A DNA stretch of 64,000 nucleotides from Chara braunii (Eukaryota; Plantae; Charophyceae), in contig BFEA01000031.1 of NCBI GenBank assembly GCA_003427395.1, positions 163,097-227,096 on the forward strand, read 5' to 3'. Of this stretch, positions 48,833 through 61,909 are shown piece by piece (positions within the stretch are counted from its first letter, which is position 1; the number at the start of each line of letters is the position of its first letter). The notes under the pieces are model-generated. The model did not search any database and had not been told where the DNA came from. It worked only from the letters and a program-made list of their open reading frames with translations. Both the position numbers and the translations under genes were made by a program.

Positions 48833-50247
48833 GCATTGGACAAGGCTGAGCTACAAGTGACAGTGATGAGGGTCGGGGCGGCTCTGAGCGTGGGGGACAG
48901 TGATCTCTGATAGTCAGTGATAGACAACATCCAGCAACGGCAGTGGAAGGTTGTCATGGACAATACAAAAGCCGCATTCAAAGCTACAACAGACGAGGCA
49001 TACTCGAAGGCCTGCCACCCCGCTGCCACGGCAACATGCTCAGCATGAGTAGGGGGCCTGCGCTCTGCGACAACAAGCAGCAACGAGCCTACAACCGGGG
49101 GACCCCGAAACAGATTGCTCTCATGGACAAGGATGTCTGTGCTCTGAGACAGCAAGCAGCTTCGATCTGGGGATTGCAAAATAGATCGCTTTCATGGAAC
49201 TATCCTGGTCACCATTTGTAGATTTTACCGATGAAAGCTGGTATGACAGAGGGAGGTAAGTGCTGGAATGGATAGGCGGGGAAATGTGCAATCGGAGTAC
49301 CGCCACTCGCAGCCCACAAGGGGGGTGGAAGGCGACTGGACGGTTCGTTACATCCAAGATGACATGGGATTATAAAGAGTCTCAGAAACAGAAGGTTACA
49401 CTAAAGGGGGGTTGCAAATACCGAGGATAAGTGTACTGCCACTGACTATAGGAGGACTGAAGATACTAGTGTATGCAGGTCACCATCCCCGGTGAGGCTA
49501 GGCTATGTGGATGTCGGAGCTCTTTAAATTGGAAGGGTACTAAACGCAACCCAGAGGGAAAGAGGGATGCTCGGAAGTAACAACTCTACACGGCCATATG
49601 CCTGATAAAAACTGTGTTACAAATATGTATTCAAAGGGACGCTAGGCCCGATTCCTAGCAGGTGCTGCTCCCCACCAATAGATGGAGCCTCCCCGACAGT
49701 GCTAGAGGTGTCTGCCCTACCAGCACACCTAGCATCCGATCGGGTCGTTCTCAAAAAAAAAAAAAAAAAACAATGGGGGGCTCAAAGCACTAAAACGACA
49801 GTTGGCGACCTTTCTATGGAAAGGAGACAGTAGCAACCCCCACGCCACTAGTCGGGTGGCATGGGAATTGGTGATTCAGCCCAAGGTCAGAGGGGGGCTG
49901 AGAATTGTGGATCCCTCCGCAGAGTTATGGGCCCTTAGCTTTCGCTGACTCTAACACCTGATTTTCTCGTTAGCCTCCCCTTGGGTCCCCCTAGCTTTGG
50001 CACAAATCACGGCCCCGACCCCAAAGGCCCCACCCGAGACTGACCCTCTGGTGTGATTCCAAGACCGGTATTGGAGGCTACCAAGGAAGTACAGGAACGG
50101 GGACCCCAGGCTACCTGGCCATGAAAATCAAGTAGGGCAAGTGCACCTAGTAGACCAAACGCAAGTGCTGATCGAAGGTTTTTCCATCCAGGAGAACGGT
50201 CAACTACGAGGGAGCCGACAACCTTTCATCTGGAAAGAGAAAAAGAT

Positions 50248-50545
50248 AGGTTACCTGATTGGACGTCCGGGACCCCCTGACCGTCCGGGGTTGTCCAATC
50301 GGACAACTGGGCGGACGTCCTCCCTGAGCAGTCTGTCCGAGCCCGAAAAAAAAAAACACAACAAAAACAAAAAAAAGTCCTCAGAAAAATCTGAAAAAAA
50401 AAGTATGTTATACAGAAAAATAAACTGAACAACTTTTGCCTTGGAATCATATTTAAATTCGCTGGCAATTTTAAAATAAAAAATCAAATAAAATAATTGT
50501 TTTTTTTTTTAACTTTTTTCGTGTTTTTAATTGCTAAAAATGGAG
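50248..50545. mobile_element. DNA-transposon end fragment, possibly hAT-like
   Basis: It interrupts the LINE frame and begins TAGGTTACC with clustered GGACGTCC/GTCCGG motifs. No second TIR was found. Confidence 0.35.
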
Positions 50546-51308
50546 TTGTCCGTGTCAGAGTGATTGACGAGGGAAGAGGTTGGAGGGCCGACCGGCCAAT
50601 GACCCCGATTGAGGATCTCCGCTTCGATCTTGACGAGTGGCGTTGGTCCCGGAAAGACCCGACAAACTCAAGAATGGAGGGAAACGCAAAGACAATAGCA
50701 CTAGCCAACCTAAAAACCAAGTAAATATACCAAATGCTCAGATCTAAACTCAGACTGCGAGACGTAGTAGAAGAAAGATGGTATCGCCATCTCAACATAG
50801 ACCGTGGTCTGCTCAAGCCCATAAGGTGGTTTGGAGAATATGGAAAGAGGCCAACAAAAATTTCCGCCCTACAATGGCAAATTGTGCACCGGTGCCTGTC
50901 GACCAATCATTGGCTGATGGAGCACACACAATTGGAGCAACAGGGGCGGGCACCGCCATGGTGTCACGGATGTCTCCAATGCTACCCCAAAAAAAAAACC
51001 TCCGAGACGATAGAGCACATCTTCCTTCAGTGCCCCGCGGCCGTATTGCTATGAAGGTGATGGGACAGGATTTGGCGCACATGGTGTCAGGCTCATCATG
51101 GCCATGGGACTGAACGACCATACTTTTGGGACATTACCCCCGGATTCGAGGAAACACATTCGAAGAGAACATGTTTCGCCCGGGTCGACGCGTCGTCATG
51201 TGGGTAATCTGGTGGAGAACTGTATCATGGATGTACAGGGAGCAAGGGTGGAAGATGGGGAGGTCGCGGAGCAATTACGGTTGTTAGTACAGTATGAGAT
51301 TACTGCCA

Positions 51309-52150
51309 TGTGTAGAGAACAGATTGCACCCCACATTTGAAAGTCTGATATAGGTGGTTTCAAAAATAGAAATAGCGCTTAAACAGATTCATAATGCAAC
51401 GTCACCACGGGGTGGACACAATAATAGAGATAGAGATTTGCCAGGCTAAAACTACAATGACAACTCAATGACTCAATGATATGAGTATCTGAGAGGGGGG
51501 AACTGGAGGGAACAAAAGGACGGTCAAGAGCAAGCTAGGATGAGTCTAGAAGACAATATAGGCAAGATTAACACAAGGGAACATAGGTGGTCACAATAAT
51601 GATAATAATGATAGTACAATGATACATGGGTTTTGGGAGGGAGGGAATAGGGGGTGGCGGAAGCCACCCCACTTCAGTCTAATACTTACACAATACCACC
51701 TCACAATGTCACAGCACTGCACAAAACATCATGGGTTTTGGGAGAGAGGGGATAGAGGGTGGTGGAAGCCACCCACATCAGCTCCACAATTACTGTCAGA
51801 GTCTAGAAGACAATATAGGCAAGATTAACACGAGGAAACACAGGTGGTCACAATAATGTTCATAATGATAGTACAATGATACCTTAATGACATATGTGGG
51901 TGAGCACACTAGGATGAGCCTTAGATGGTAACATACATTATGGGTTTTGGACGGGAGGGAATAGGGGGTGGCAGAAGTCACCCCACATCAGTTTCATATT
52001 TACACAATACACCTCACACGGTCACAGCACTGCACAAAACATCATGGGTTTTAGGAGGGAGGGGACAGAGGGTGGTGGAGCCACCCCACATCAGCTCCAC
52101 AGTTACACAATACACCTCAAATTGTCACATCAGTCCACAAGACTGCACCC
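51309..52150. repeat. Unclassified repeat (possibly LTR-derived) with an internal tandem duplication
   Basis: It starts TGT at the LINE truncation point. GAGTCTAGAAGACAATATAGGCAAGATTAACAC occurs at 51542 and 51799, and the ATGGGTTTT.G...CACCCC subunit occurs four times. Confidence 0.5.
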
Positions 52151-52634
52151 CGGGCAATAGGAAGAAGGACAATCACTACGATGTTGCCTAGTTCATAGTT
52201 GAGCTACTTAGGCTGGTGCCTCAGGATTTTTTCAAATTACGAGTCTGCCTCACGTTCGGGAGATGTCGACGTGTCATATTTTCCTCTTATCTTTCTTCTT
52301 TCTCCTCCTCTCCGCCTTCTTCTTTTCTCCTTCCTTCTCTCCTCTTCTTCTCTTTCCATTCTTTCATCAGTTTTTTTTGTCCTGACTTGTTGATGTCTCG
52401 GGTTGCATGCTTGAGTTATTGATCTGATAGACCTTCGGGTCGGCACTATTGCCTTGTCAATTATGTTGTTGACAATTTTGATGTTGTGTGAACAATTCAC
52501 CATCGTCTCCACGCTATAACCGCCGTAGGAATTACACTACGTGTGAGTGGCTCGTGTCTTGTCACTGCCTTGTTTCGACATGGCTAACTCGGTGTTTTTA
52601 TTTGGTGTGTTTGATTAGGACTGGCTGATTTAGT

Positions 52635-54170
52635 ATGGCGGGCGTTTCGCCTTCTCGAGGATGTTATCATTGTGGGTCTCTGAATCATTGGGTTCGAGAA
52701 TGTCCCCAACGTCAATTTGCGAGCAGACCACCGGCCACAGGTGTGAAAGCTGTCCCAACTGGTGGTGCATTTCTGGCCTTGCCGGCTACGAATCCACCAT
52801 CGTCATCCTCGGCGCCTTCGACTTCCTATGCACAGGCTACGACTAGTTCTCAGTCGAATGCTCCTCCAGGTACCTCTGGCTACAACGGTCAAGGAAGGCC
52901 GAATCGGTGGATGCGGAATCAAGAACGTTTGGATAAAGTTTATAACATGTACGTTGAGGATACGGAGAGGGAGGCACGTCAGAAAGCGGAGCAAGATAGG
53001 GAGAGAATTAGGTGTGAGGAGGAAGAGAAGAGGTCTCTTTGGAAGAAGGAGAGAGAACATGTGGAGGCGGATATGGGGGAGCGTTTGGAGAAGAGATTAG
53101 AAGTTTTTGGGTTTTCCAAGAGTGGTAAGATTGAGGGGGTTGTGTCGATCGACGATCGTACATGCTGGCGGCGACCTGGCCCGCCTGCGGAGGAAAAATG
53201 AGGAACTAAAGAATAAATTGAGTGACGGAATCGAGCTATCGAGTGATGATAAGGTGCGGCAATTGCAAAATGAGATACTGGAGCTTCGTAAGCAGTCCAC
53301 GAATCTGCAGTTTAATGACGATGCGATCCTCGCACTTAAGACGGAGACCGGAGAGTTGAAACAATCGGCGTACATGAAGACGAACTTTGAAAAGGAGATT
53401 GCATGCCTATAAAAGGAGGTTAGTTTTCTATGGGAGCAGAATGAGTTGGTTATTGAGGAAGCTAACCAATGGAAGACCGAGGCATTACGACCCCGTAACG
53501 AAAGAGGGAGTGCGGCGATTAACACCCCTGAGTCGTCTGACCGTGGAACTCTGAAACCCAAATGGACATACAATCTCAGGGAGGCGGACAAATGGAAGGA
53601 TGAATACAGAAACTTGAGTAACCTTAACCGGATAGCTAACCTTGAGGTTGAGGCCCTTAAGAAAAAGAGGGTGGAGGCGGAGATGGAAAGAGTGAAAGCA
53701 GAGAAGCAAGTGAAGGAGCTGGAAGCGAGGATGAGCGAGCTTACGGCCAGTAGTGAGAAGATGAAAGGGGGGAGGAACCAATATTAAAGAACGCTTGGAG
53801 GAGGTGGCTACTCGGTCTGCACGAAGAGGAATGAAAGCAACTCCTGGGAGGCCAGGTGGTGTCCCCGCTGGCAATCGGAAGATGACAAAGGTTAACAATC
53901 GGGCTGAGTATGTCGAAGGACAGAAAAAGCAGTTGCGCCTGCTTCGGAAGGAAGGTTGGAAGTATATTGTAAGGAGGAGGGCATCAAGCTCGGCAAGTTC
54001 GAGGAAACGATTTGCGAGTTGGCTGAAGCGCGTGCTAAGAAGGTGTTTGGGGATTCCTCTGCGAAGAGTCAGACCTCTAAGCAGAAAGGTCCAACCCTCG
54101 AAATTAACGATGATACATCGCATGAGGTAAGTAACAGGGACGTTAGGGATGAACAATCGGTTGAGCTATA
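52635..54170 (+). pseudogene. PLE ORF1, copy 3: CCHC knuckle and long coiled coil
   Basis: CYHCGSLNHWVREC at the N-terminus, followed by frameshifted coiled-coil ORFs (53107-53412, 53446-53787, 53795-54130). Confidence 0.75.
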
Positions 54171-54329
54171 CGGATTTTTCCTGGACGTGATCAAATTTTG
54201 GTCTCTTGCTAATGGGTATAGGTCGACTCTTTGCTTTACTGGAAAATCTTCTTTGTTTCCTTAATTGGATCGTTTTTCTTCCCTCACTGATTCGTCATCG
54301 GTCTCTGACCCTTCTACTACTTTCTTTCT

Positions 54330-56061
54330 GCGTGATCGGTTATTTAATGTTTTATTCCGCTCCATTGTGATCCGGTTTATTCTCTTGGATCAAATTCCTT
54401 GGGCCCTAAAGATCAAGGAGTATATTATGAGGTTGATTTTGAAGGACTTTGACTTGGAGGCGTGCAATGGTCCGCTTGTTTACATTTTGGTCTCTCATTG
54501 GTCCCGCCATCTATATGTGGGATCTACCACTAGGAACCTTCCGACCAGATGGAATGAGCATGTATAGCGCTCCTCCAATATCGATGTGACTGAGGCAGGT
54601 AAGCGGAACTATAGGCTATATGCTTGGTTGAGACGATGTCAGGTTGGATCGTATGTGGCTATTCCTCTATGTTGCTGTAAGAGCGATGATTTACTCAATC
54701 TGGAGAAATTTTTGATTCAAAGACTGTGTCCACACCTTAACAGTCGTGACAAAATAAGGAAATCAAATAGGAAGAGGCCTAGAAAAAGGGAAAGGATTAA
54801 ACGTAGACAAAGGATCGGCGAAAGTGTCTCCCCCTCAGTCGAGAACAAGACTCGTCTGGCTTTTCATTCTACTGTTGGCATCTCTTCTATTTGGCTTACC
54901 TCTATTCTAGATTTCTGTGTGGAACACAAATTTTCATTAGTTGGTACTGCATGTACACGAGGGGATTTGATTGCTGAAAATTAGAAACTGGTTAAGCGAA
55001 AGTGCGGATCATCATTGATTTACCAGAATGGGTATGTGGAGGTCTTGAAGAAAGGGAGGAGTATGATTCGTCCTGGTCTGTTCTTTAAGATCTCTGTTGT
55101 TGTTCCCTTTATGTCTTGTGCTCTTATTTTGAAACCGACATTATCAGGGTTCTTATCTTGTTCGTCCTCTCGTAAGGAACTGTTGGGTTGGGAACTCTCG
55201 GTGTTGGTGTTGGCATACTCGGCGGTTCGAAGTTTTTTTGAAAAAAGAAGTCGTTGTCAATTACGGGTTATTATCTCCGGGGTTATTCGTAGGAGATTTG
55301 GGATCAATGTCCGGAGGCGCATGATTGTGAGAGTGACATATGATGGTAGGCTGTGCAAACCTGGGATTAGAGCAGCATGTTCCAATTTCGTGATGCGTGC
55401 TGAGGCAGATGAGGAATGAAAAAGAATGGTCGTCCGATGTATGAGATTAGTTTGGTTGTAAAACAGGAGTGTGGGAGATTATATTTTTAATTTTCGGACT
55501 TTTGCTCTAACGGTTGCAACTGAATGTACATGTGAGAATCTGCCTGTTTTGTTCCCACGAAGGGATGAACATATCTGTTTTTGTTTGAATGACTGGGGGG
55601 AAGCACCACTGTGGCTGAGGAACAACCAGAATGTTGTGCGGCCAGCTACTAGGGATATTCTTGGCAGACTCAAGACGCAGGTTGAGGTTTCGCTAAATGG
55701 ACTGGATTTTGAAATTTCACCTATTAGTAGGAAGGATCTGTCAAGATGCTTGATAGATGCTAATACGGTAACCGTTGTTTCTGATTGCACCGAGGAGGAG
55801 GTTAGAAAGTGGGTCTTGAGGTTGGAAGGATTGGTCAGAGTGACCATCGATCACAATCCTGGTGATACGTTAGTTTGTTGTCCGTTGTGATATCAGGATG
55901 GCATGAATGGTTTTTTTTGTTGCAACAAGGGTCTATCCCTGTTGAAGGAGGATGAGGAGACTGTTCTGAATCGAGCCAAGTGGTTGTATATCTCTAATGA
56001 TTTTCACAAGTTGGTCAACTGGGATGGCACGGGTGCTATTGGCAAGGCGTACGTTGTTCCT
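54330..56061 (+). pseudogene. PLE ORF2, copy 3: N-terminal GIY-YIG endonuclease and linker, cut before the RT core
   Basis: VYILVS...LYVGSTT...RWNEH, LEKFLIQ...LN, CTC...EHIC, DHNPG...CCP and WDGTGAIGKAYVVP lie in one frame broken by stops. The linker is homologous to 25997-26539. Confidence 0.8.
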
Positions 56062-57450
56062 TCGACACAGAAGGGGAGAGGGTCCGGTGTTTCACAAATA
56101 GGGGAGAGGGTCCAGTGTTTCGCAAACTCTGGACCCCATGGGGGCTCGAAGTGGAGCGGGGGTCCGACGTTTGTCAAACGCTGGACCCTCTTCCCTTTAA
56201 GCACNNNNNNNNNNNNNNNNNNNNNNNNNNNNNNNNNNNNNNNNNNNNNNNNNNNNNNNNNNNNNNNNNNNNNNNNNNNNNNNNNNNNNNNNNNNNNNNN
56301 NNNNNNNNNNNNNNNNNNNNNNNNNNNNNNNNNNNNNNNNNNNNNNNNNNNNNNNNNNNNNNNNNNNNNNNNNNNNNNNNNNNNNNNNNNNNNNNNNNNN
56401 NNNNNNNNNNNNNNNNNNNNNNNNNNNNNNNNNNNNNNNNNNNNNNNNNNNNNNNNNNNNNNNNNNNNNNNNNNNNNNNNNNNNNNNNNNNNNNNNNNNN
56501 NNNNNNNNNNNNNNNNNNNNNNNNNNNNNNNNNNNNNNNNNNNNNNNNNNNNNNNNNNNNNNNNNNNNNNNNNNNNNNNNNNNNNNNNNNNNNNNNNNNN
56601 NNNNNNNNNNNNNNNNNNNNNNNNNNNNNNNNNNNNNNNNNNNNNNNNNNNNNNNNNNNNNNAGCTCATAATGCCGACGCATGGAAGGAGGTTAGTGGAT
56701 CATGCCCTTAAGTACTTTTCACCGGCCTCTACTATGCCGGCTCTTTAGAGAACAAATAGTCCCTCCCATTACAATCTGAAAGGAATTCAAGAGGACATAT
56801 CCTCAATAAGACTGAGACAATAGAAGAGAGGGGAGGGGGTCAGGAGAGGGTACGCTTCATCCTTCAAATAATCAACGGGGAGAGGAGGGGAGGGGAGGGG
56901 AGGGGAGGGGAGGGGAGGCGGGGGAAGGAGGGGAGTGCTTATATGGGAGAGGACGTTACCGCTGCGTACGCCATACTCCGACCGGTTGATCCTTACAGCG
57001 TTCACAAGCATTTGACGGAAAGTACGGGAAGGGGGAACTTGAATAACCCGTCGACCAGACAAGACGGACTAAAGAACAGGCTGCTGGAGGACTCACGACA
57101 GGAGAACTCACCCCGCGCTGCACAATGAGAAGGGAGCAACAACGCTATACCCCGGCATCGCTAAAAAAAAAACAGGATAAAGCATGAGTCGTTAGGGGAC
57201 GGCGAGTAGAACGCTGACGTTCCAACGACTGAGGGCCAATCACTACAATGTGTTGGCTAATATACTAACTTCTGGACGAAGTGGAGTGGGATCCGGCGCT
57301 TGTGAAATGCTGGACCCTCGTCCCTATCTATGCACAGTTAGGGGAGAGGGTCCAGCGTTTCACAAACGCCGGACCCCATGGGGGCACCAAGTGGATGGGG
57401 GGTCCGGCGTTTGTGAAACGCTGGACCCTCTCGCCGTTCAGCGCAGATAA
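56062..57450. repeat. Palindromic subterminal repeats of the DNA transposon (left side)
   Basis: GGGTCC(G/A)GCGTTT-cac/gtg-AAACGC(C/T)GGACCC units at 56075-56190 and 57288-57430. Confidence 0.7.
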
Positions 57451-57690
57451 GGGAGACGGCATACCACAAAAATTTGGAGCACAACACGAACTCCATCATG
57501 TCTCCTCAAACTTCAACCGCCATATCCATACTACGAAGGGCCTCGTAGATGCGACGGCAATCCATGGAGTGGAGACGAAGGTCAGCCATAGCCAAAGCTC
57601 GGTCTCCTCCCTTGATCCCAACCTCCTCTACGTGGAACATGTTGCAATGCATATGGTAGGCGATCGTATTAGACGTAGCGTCCCTCTACG

Positions 57691-58476
57691 TCAATGCATA
57701 TACCGCATGACACAATTTACCCCTCTACGTGGCACATGCCGCAATGCCCCGTTCATGCGGCGAAACAAATGTTTCACATCTACATTTGTCTTTTTCTTTG
57801 TTTTCTTTATGTATTGTACTGCTCCATATTCGTCGAAAGTTTGAAGCACCTTCACAGCAATTGTTCCGACCATGGATGTCCTCTCCCGCACAAACTTTAT
57901 CATGGCATCCAGAACGACACTGCAGAAAAGGTATGCGTGTCTTGACATGATGTACATCATGTCGTCAATATCGTCGTTCAGATGAGGTTTCCGTCGTTCG
58001 ATGCGTGTACAACAGTATGTCATCCCGTGTCGTGCTTCGAATGCAATGCACAAAATTTTTTCATGCTGTCTCATATCGTTGTCGAATATCCAACCAGCTC
58101 CGTAGAAAACGTTCTTCCACCGCGGTGCACCATGTCTCCAATAGTGCAACAACGGGTCACACGTCTTAGCCATCCTTGATACCGTGCATTGCAGATGCAG
58201 AGCCCACGTATCAAACGTGGGGTATAATATTGTCTCGTCCACTGAATGAAGACCGACCGCCGTCATCCGTTGGGTGTACCAGAATGGAATTAGTTCTTCG
58301 TATTGTATGGGTGTTCCCCATGTGCCTGTGTGGCAATGCTTAGTACCACCGATCGCATCCATGGTTGCGTCTACTGCATGTAATGCAAAAACGAAGAGCA
58401 TCGAACGCAGACCCTCATATTCAGTATTCTTCAAAATTGCCAATATCATACATCGACACTGAGTCGTCCGGCTCAC
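57691..58476 (-). CDS. Hypothetical protein, probably transposon-borne
   Basis: Open 261-aa frame of normal complexity, co-oriented with and downstream of the transposase. No motif was recognised. Confidence 0.35.
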   Translation of the reverse strand: MSRTTQCRCMILAILKNTEYEGLRSMLFVFALHAVDATMDAIGGTKHCHTGTWGTPIQYEELIPFWYTQRMTAVGLHSVDETILYPTFDTWALHLQCTVSRMAKTCDPLLHYWRHGAPRWKNVFYGAGWIFDNDMRQHEKILCIAFEARHGMTYCCTRIERRKPHLNDDIDDMMYIMSRHAYLFCSVVLDAMIKFVRERTSMVGTIAVKVLQTFDEYGAVQYIKKTKKKTNVDVKHLFRRMNGALRHVPRRGVNCVMRYMH

Positions 58477-58642
58477 CTACAATCCTATACAACCACACCG
58501 GCAGGCATGTCCGTCTGTTGTGTCCGTCTAATTGCTTATTCTTATAATGCCACAAATGACTTAGTGCCCATTGCTAACTCCCGTGCGTATACACTAACCC
58601 GAATACATCACCCGACCGCGCAGCACTATCCAGACTGTGCTT

Positions 58643-61253
58643 TTATTTTTTCTCAACTGAACCTGGTGCTGCCAAGGACTGCTGTGCTTTCATTGCATCT
58701 CGTTTTCGTATTTTCATTCCTGTTTTGGATTGTATCCCACTGCTCCATGCCCATGCTACACTTTTAAGGTCTTGCCATCCGGGTTCCGATTCGGTTTCCA
58801 TTCTCCACGTTTTGTTCCATGCATCTTCGTAAAGCTTCGATAAATCGTGTTCACGACCGCATGGCCTCCAGTATTGTACGAAAATACGCGCACTGTCCAT
58901 CTTCATTACACGTGCAACCCAGAATGTGCACCCTTCTTCTGCGTGGTCATCGGGAGCGCGCAAAACTACAAAATCATCGATCTTGACTGCTTTGTAAGGC
59001 TCGAATTCCGGTTTTTGTGCATCTTTCCTATGCCCGACAAAGCACGTTTTTTTCAGCGGTTGTGCTACGACGTACGGGACCGCGGACTCCGCATTCGGTT
59101 CGGTCAACGTGGGCGATGGCCAAAACGAGTAGGATAGAGGCACTGTTCCAGTCTCTTTCGTCTTAATGTTGTCGAACTCAGCTAGACGGTCCGTCCAGTA
59201 TTGCAGTCTCTCAATCCTCAGATGTCAGTCCTCTTCGGTTTGTGTTCCCCATTCGTTCATAGCATCCTTCCACGTTTTAACCATCACCCGGATACCCGCT
59301 TTACCGTTTGCGAAGTCACCGGAAGCGAAGTTGGGTGACTCGCGACGAGGCTCGAAGCCCCATGTCGGACCTGCCCATCTCTTATGCGCATTCCGTTTGA
59401 ACCAGTATACTGGTCCGTTTTCAGGTCCCCACCGCTTGTCGGTGCAGTGCTCTTTATAAACCATAGCCGGATTATCACCCTCCATGTAGAATTTAAAAAG
59501 GTGTGGTGTAGCATGACCCGAAATCATTTTGTCAAGGTATGGATGAATTGCGGTTTTCCATTCCACGATTTCCGTAAGCTGCGTACAGTCCACTGACTCT
59601 TCACACGACATTCGCAATACCACAAACAGTTCGTCCATCGTGTACGCGTCGCACCCATTGAGTTTGCGAGAGAAGAAACTAAATTTCGCATCAATGTCAG
59701 TATGGGTATGCCCGACTATCATGAACCTCATCTCTACGACTTCGAAAATGCGAACTTCACCAACATAGCGAGGAATGCAAAAACGTATCTGTTTTTGTTC
59801 TGTCCACCGCAGTTATCAGCTTGGACGCGTAGCTTGCGAGGGAGTTGCCTTTCGCAAGCTTGCACGTCTCTTAGCACTTTGGCAATGGATGTAACAACTG
59901 AATTCGACCCGTGCGACAGATAAGGAAACCACGTGTGGACGATCAAGGACGGCGTCCTACCATGAGCTATTATACCAGTGAGGTTCGTTTTCATAATTGT
60001 GTTGTAAGCCATCTCCTTCGACAAATGCCGAAGTGACACGTGGGGAATGGTTGTTTTCGCTTGGTCCATTCCATCTATAATTATGCACAAACTCCGGGTC
60101 TTATGAAACTGAGATTCCGTCGACCATCGGTCATACATCTGGCGATGGGCCCGCTGCATATCAAGGTGGCTCTTTTGTGCGGCAACCAGTTGGCGCCGCG
60201 GCCCCGGAAGAGCGCCCTCGATCAGGATAGCGTTTTTTATGCATTGGTTGCACCTCGCGTGGTCAGTTACCCTAGCAAGTCGAACGTGCCAAAAGTAATA
60301 TCTCCAGATCCTACAGAACACTTGGTACGACGAGCAAGACATACCAAGTTTCTCTAACCTACGGGCGATGCTTCTATGAACATCTTTCTTTGTACCATAT
60401 ACCGAAGGGAGACGGACACGGTTCCTAATCTCGAAATCCGGTCCCGTCTCCGACTGATCTGGCATAGGGTCAGACTCATTCAGGATAATGTCCTCAAAAG
60501 CAGACCATGTCAGCACATATTCTGCAGTTGTCCGGGGGCGACCATCATTGTCATGCCCTGCATCGACTGTTCCATCGTCGAGGTCATCGTTGTGCCTTTT
60601 GTAAGTGTTCCGACCACCACCCAATATCAGACACCATGCGGTAACGCACACCGGATTCATTTCTACAATAGGCTTGACCTCGGGCTTCCTTTGTCGGAGT
60701 GCCGTGAAGCTACGGAGCTTCGATATCCACCACCTTCGCTTATCCTTCCCTCGAACCGATCTGAACTCACGTCTGCACTTCTGGACGTCCGCTCGTTTCA
60801 TTCGTGAGAGACACCCATAAGACTTGCAACATGTCTTCTTCAACACGACCTCACACTCCTCGAGGCTGCACCTACGTTCGTACGTGGCTCGTTCGATCCT
60901 CTTTTGCGCGTGCGGTAAGTGTATCTCCTTTTCCCTCGTCTACCGAGCGACGAGGAGTGAGGCGGCACAAAGGTCCTTTCCACCGTGTCATCGTCGTCGA
61001 CTTCGAACTCACGATCTCTCATAAATTCATCGCGTTCGAACTCGTCTCTCTTAAGTTGTTCCAGTTCGAACTCCTCAATCGTGGCTTGAGAAAGTACGAA
61101 ATCGTACGGAACATCATCACCCTCGAACACAGGTTGGGCGTCTATGAAAGTTGCAGTCCTCGAACCAACTGACCCTTGGGCGGAAGTGAAAGGAGTAGTT
61201 CCTTTAAGGATATCATCGAGGCGAAGACGACGTACAACGTTATTGCTCCCCAC
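58643..61253 (-). pseudogene. Sola-like DDD transposase, lightly disrupted
   Basis: Motifs IIIDGMDQ, QADNCGGQNKN and GHTHTDID, with an upstream C-x2-C...H. There is a single frameshift at about 59750 and an in-frame TGA at 59225-59227, after which the frame continues into 58643-59143. Confidence 0.78.
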
Positions 61254-61909
61254 CGTCTGGCGGCGGCGAACAACACACCATTTCGACGACCTATTGACCT
61301 AGGCCACCCAATGTCGGCGCTTGGACGGTGTCACGTTGCCCGAAGGCGATTGACTTTCGCATGTAACAGCGAAATGGGCTACGGTCGGTGTATGTAGCAA
61401 ATCAACAGATGGTTGAGAATCATGTACCGGGCTGACCCTTTCGGTATTCATGTTGACATGATCGGTTCGCCGTCGGAAGCTGGCAGATAAAGCAAGCCAA
61501 AACATGCGGTAATGGGAGTGTGAGATTTCATAGTTGCCTGCAATCTCATTCCATTGCTGGGGGCGNNNNNNNNNNNNNNNNNNNNNNNNNNNNNNNNNNN
61601 NNNNNNNNNNNNNNNNNNNNNNNNNNNNNNNNNNNNNNNNNNNNNNNNNNNNNNNNNNNNNNNNNNNNNNNNNNNNNNNNNNNNNNNNNNNNNNNNNNNN
61701 NNNNNNNNNNNNNNNNNNNNNNNNNNNNNNNNNNNNNNNNNNNNNNNNNNNNNNNNNNNNNNNNNNNNNNNNNNNNNNNNNNNNNNNNNNNNNNNNNNNN
61801 NNNNNNNNNNNNNNNNNNNNNNNNNNNNNNNNNNNNNNNNNNNNNNNNNNNNNNNNNNNNNNNNNNNNNNNNNNNNNNNNNNNNNNNNNNNNNNNNNNNN
61901 NNNNNNNNN

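Larger units (their letters stand above)
37777..49770 (+). mobile_element. Full-length (~12 kb) L1/Tx1-like LINE
   Basis: TSD CAATGGGGGGC (37766-37776 and 49771-49781), 5' UTR, ORF1, APE-RT ORF2, structured 3' tail, poly(A). Confidence 0.92.
36505..51308 (+). mobile_element. L1/Tx1-like LINE ORF2 remnant (same family as 16560-20220), split by the 12-kb LINE
   Basis: The RT at 36629-37776 is highly similar to 17210-18350. It resumes at 49782 and continues to the zinc motif CHGC...ETIEHIFLQCP (50734-51054). Confidence 0.88.

Noticed and set aside
59225-59227. Programmed readthrough or selenocysteine at in-frame TGA codons
   Set aside because: Neighbouring elements carry mixed TAA/TAG/TGA stops and frameshifts, consistent with ordinary C-to-T decay.
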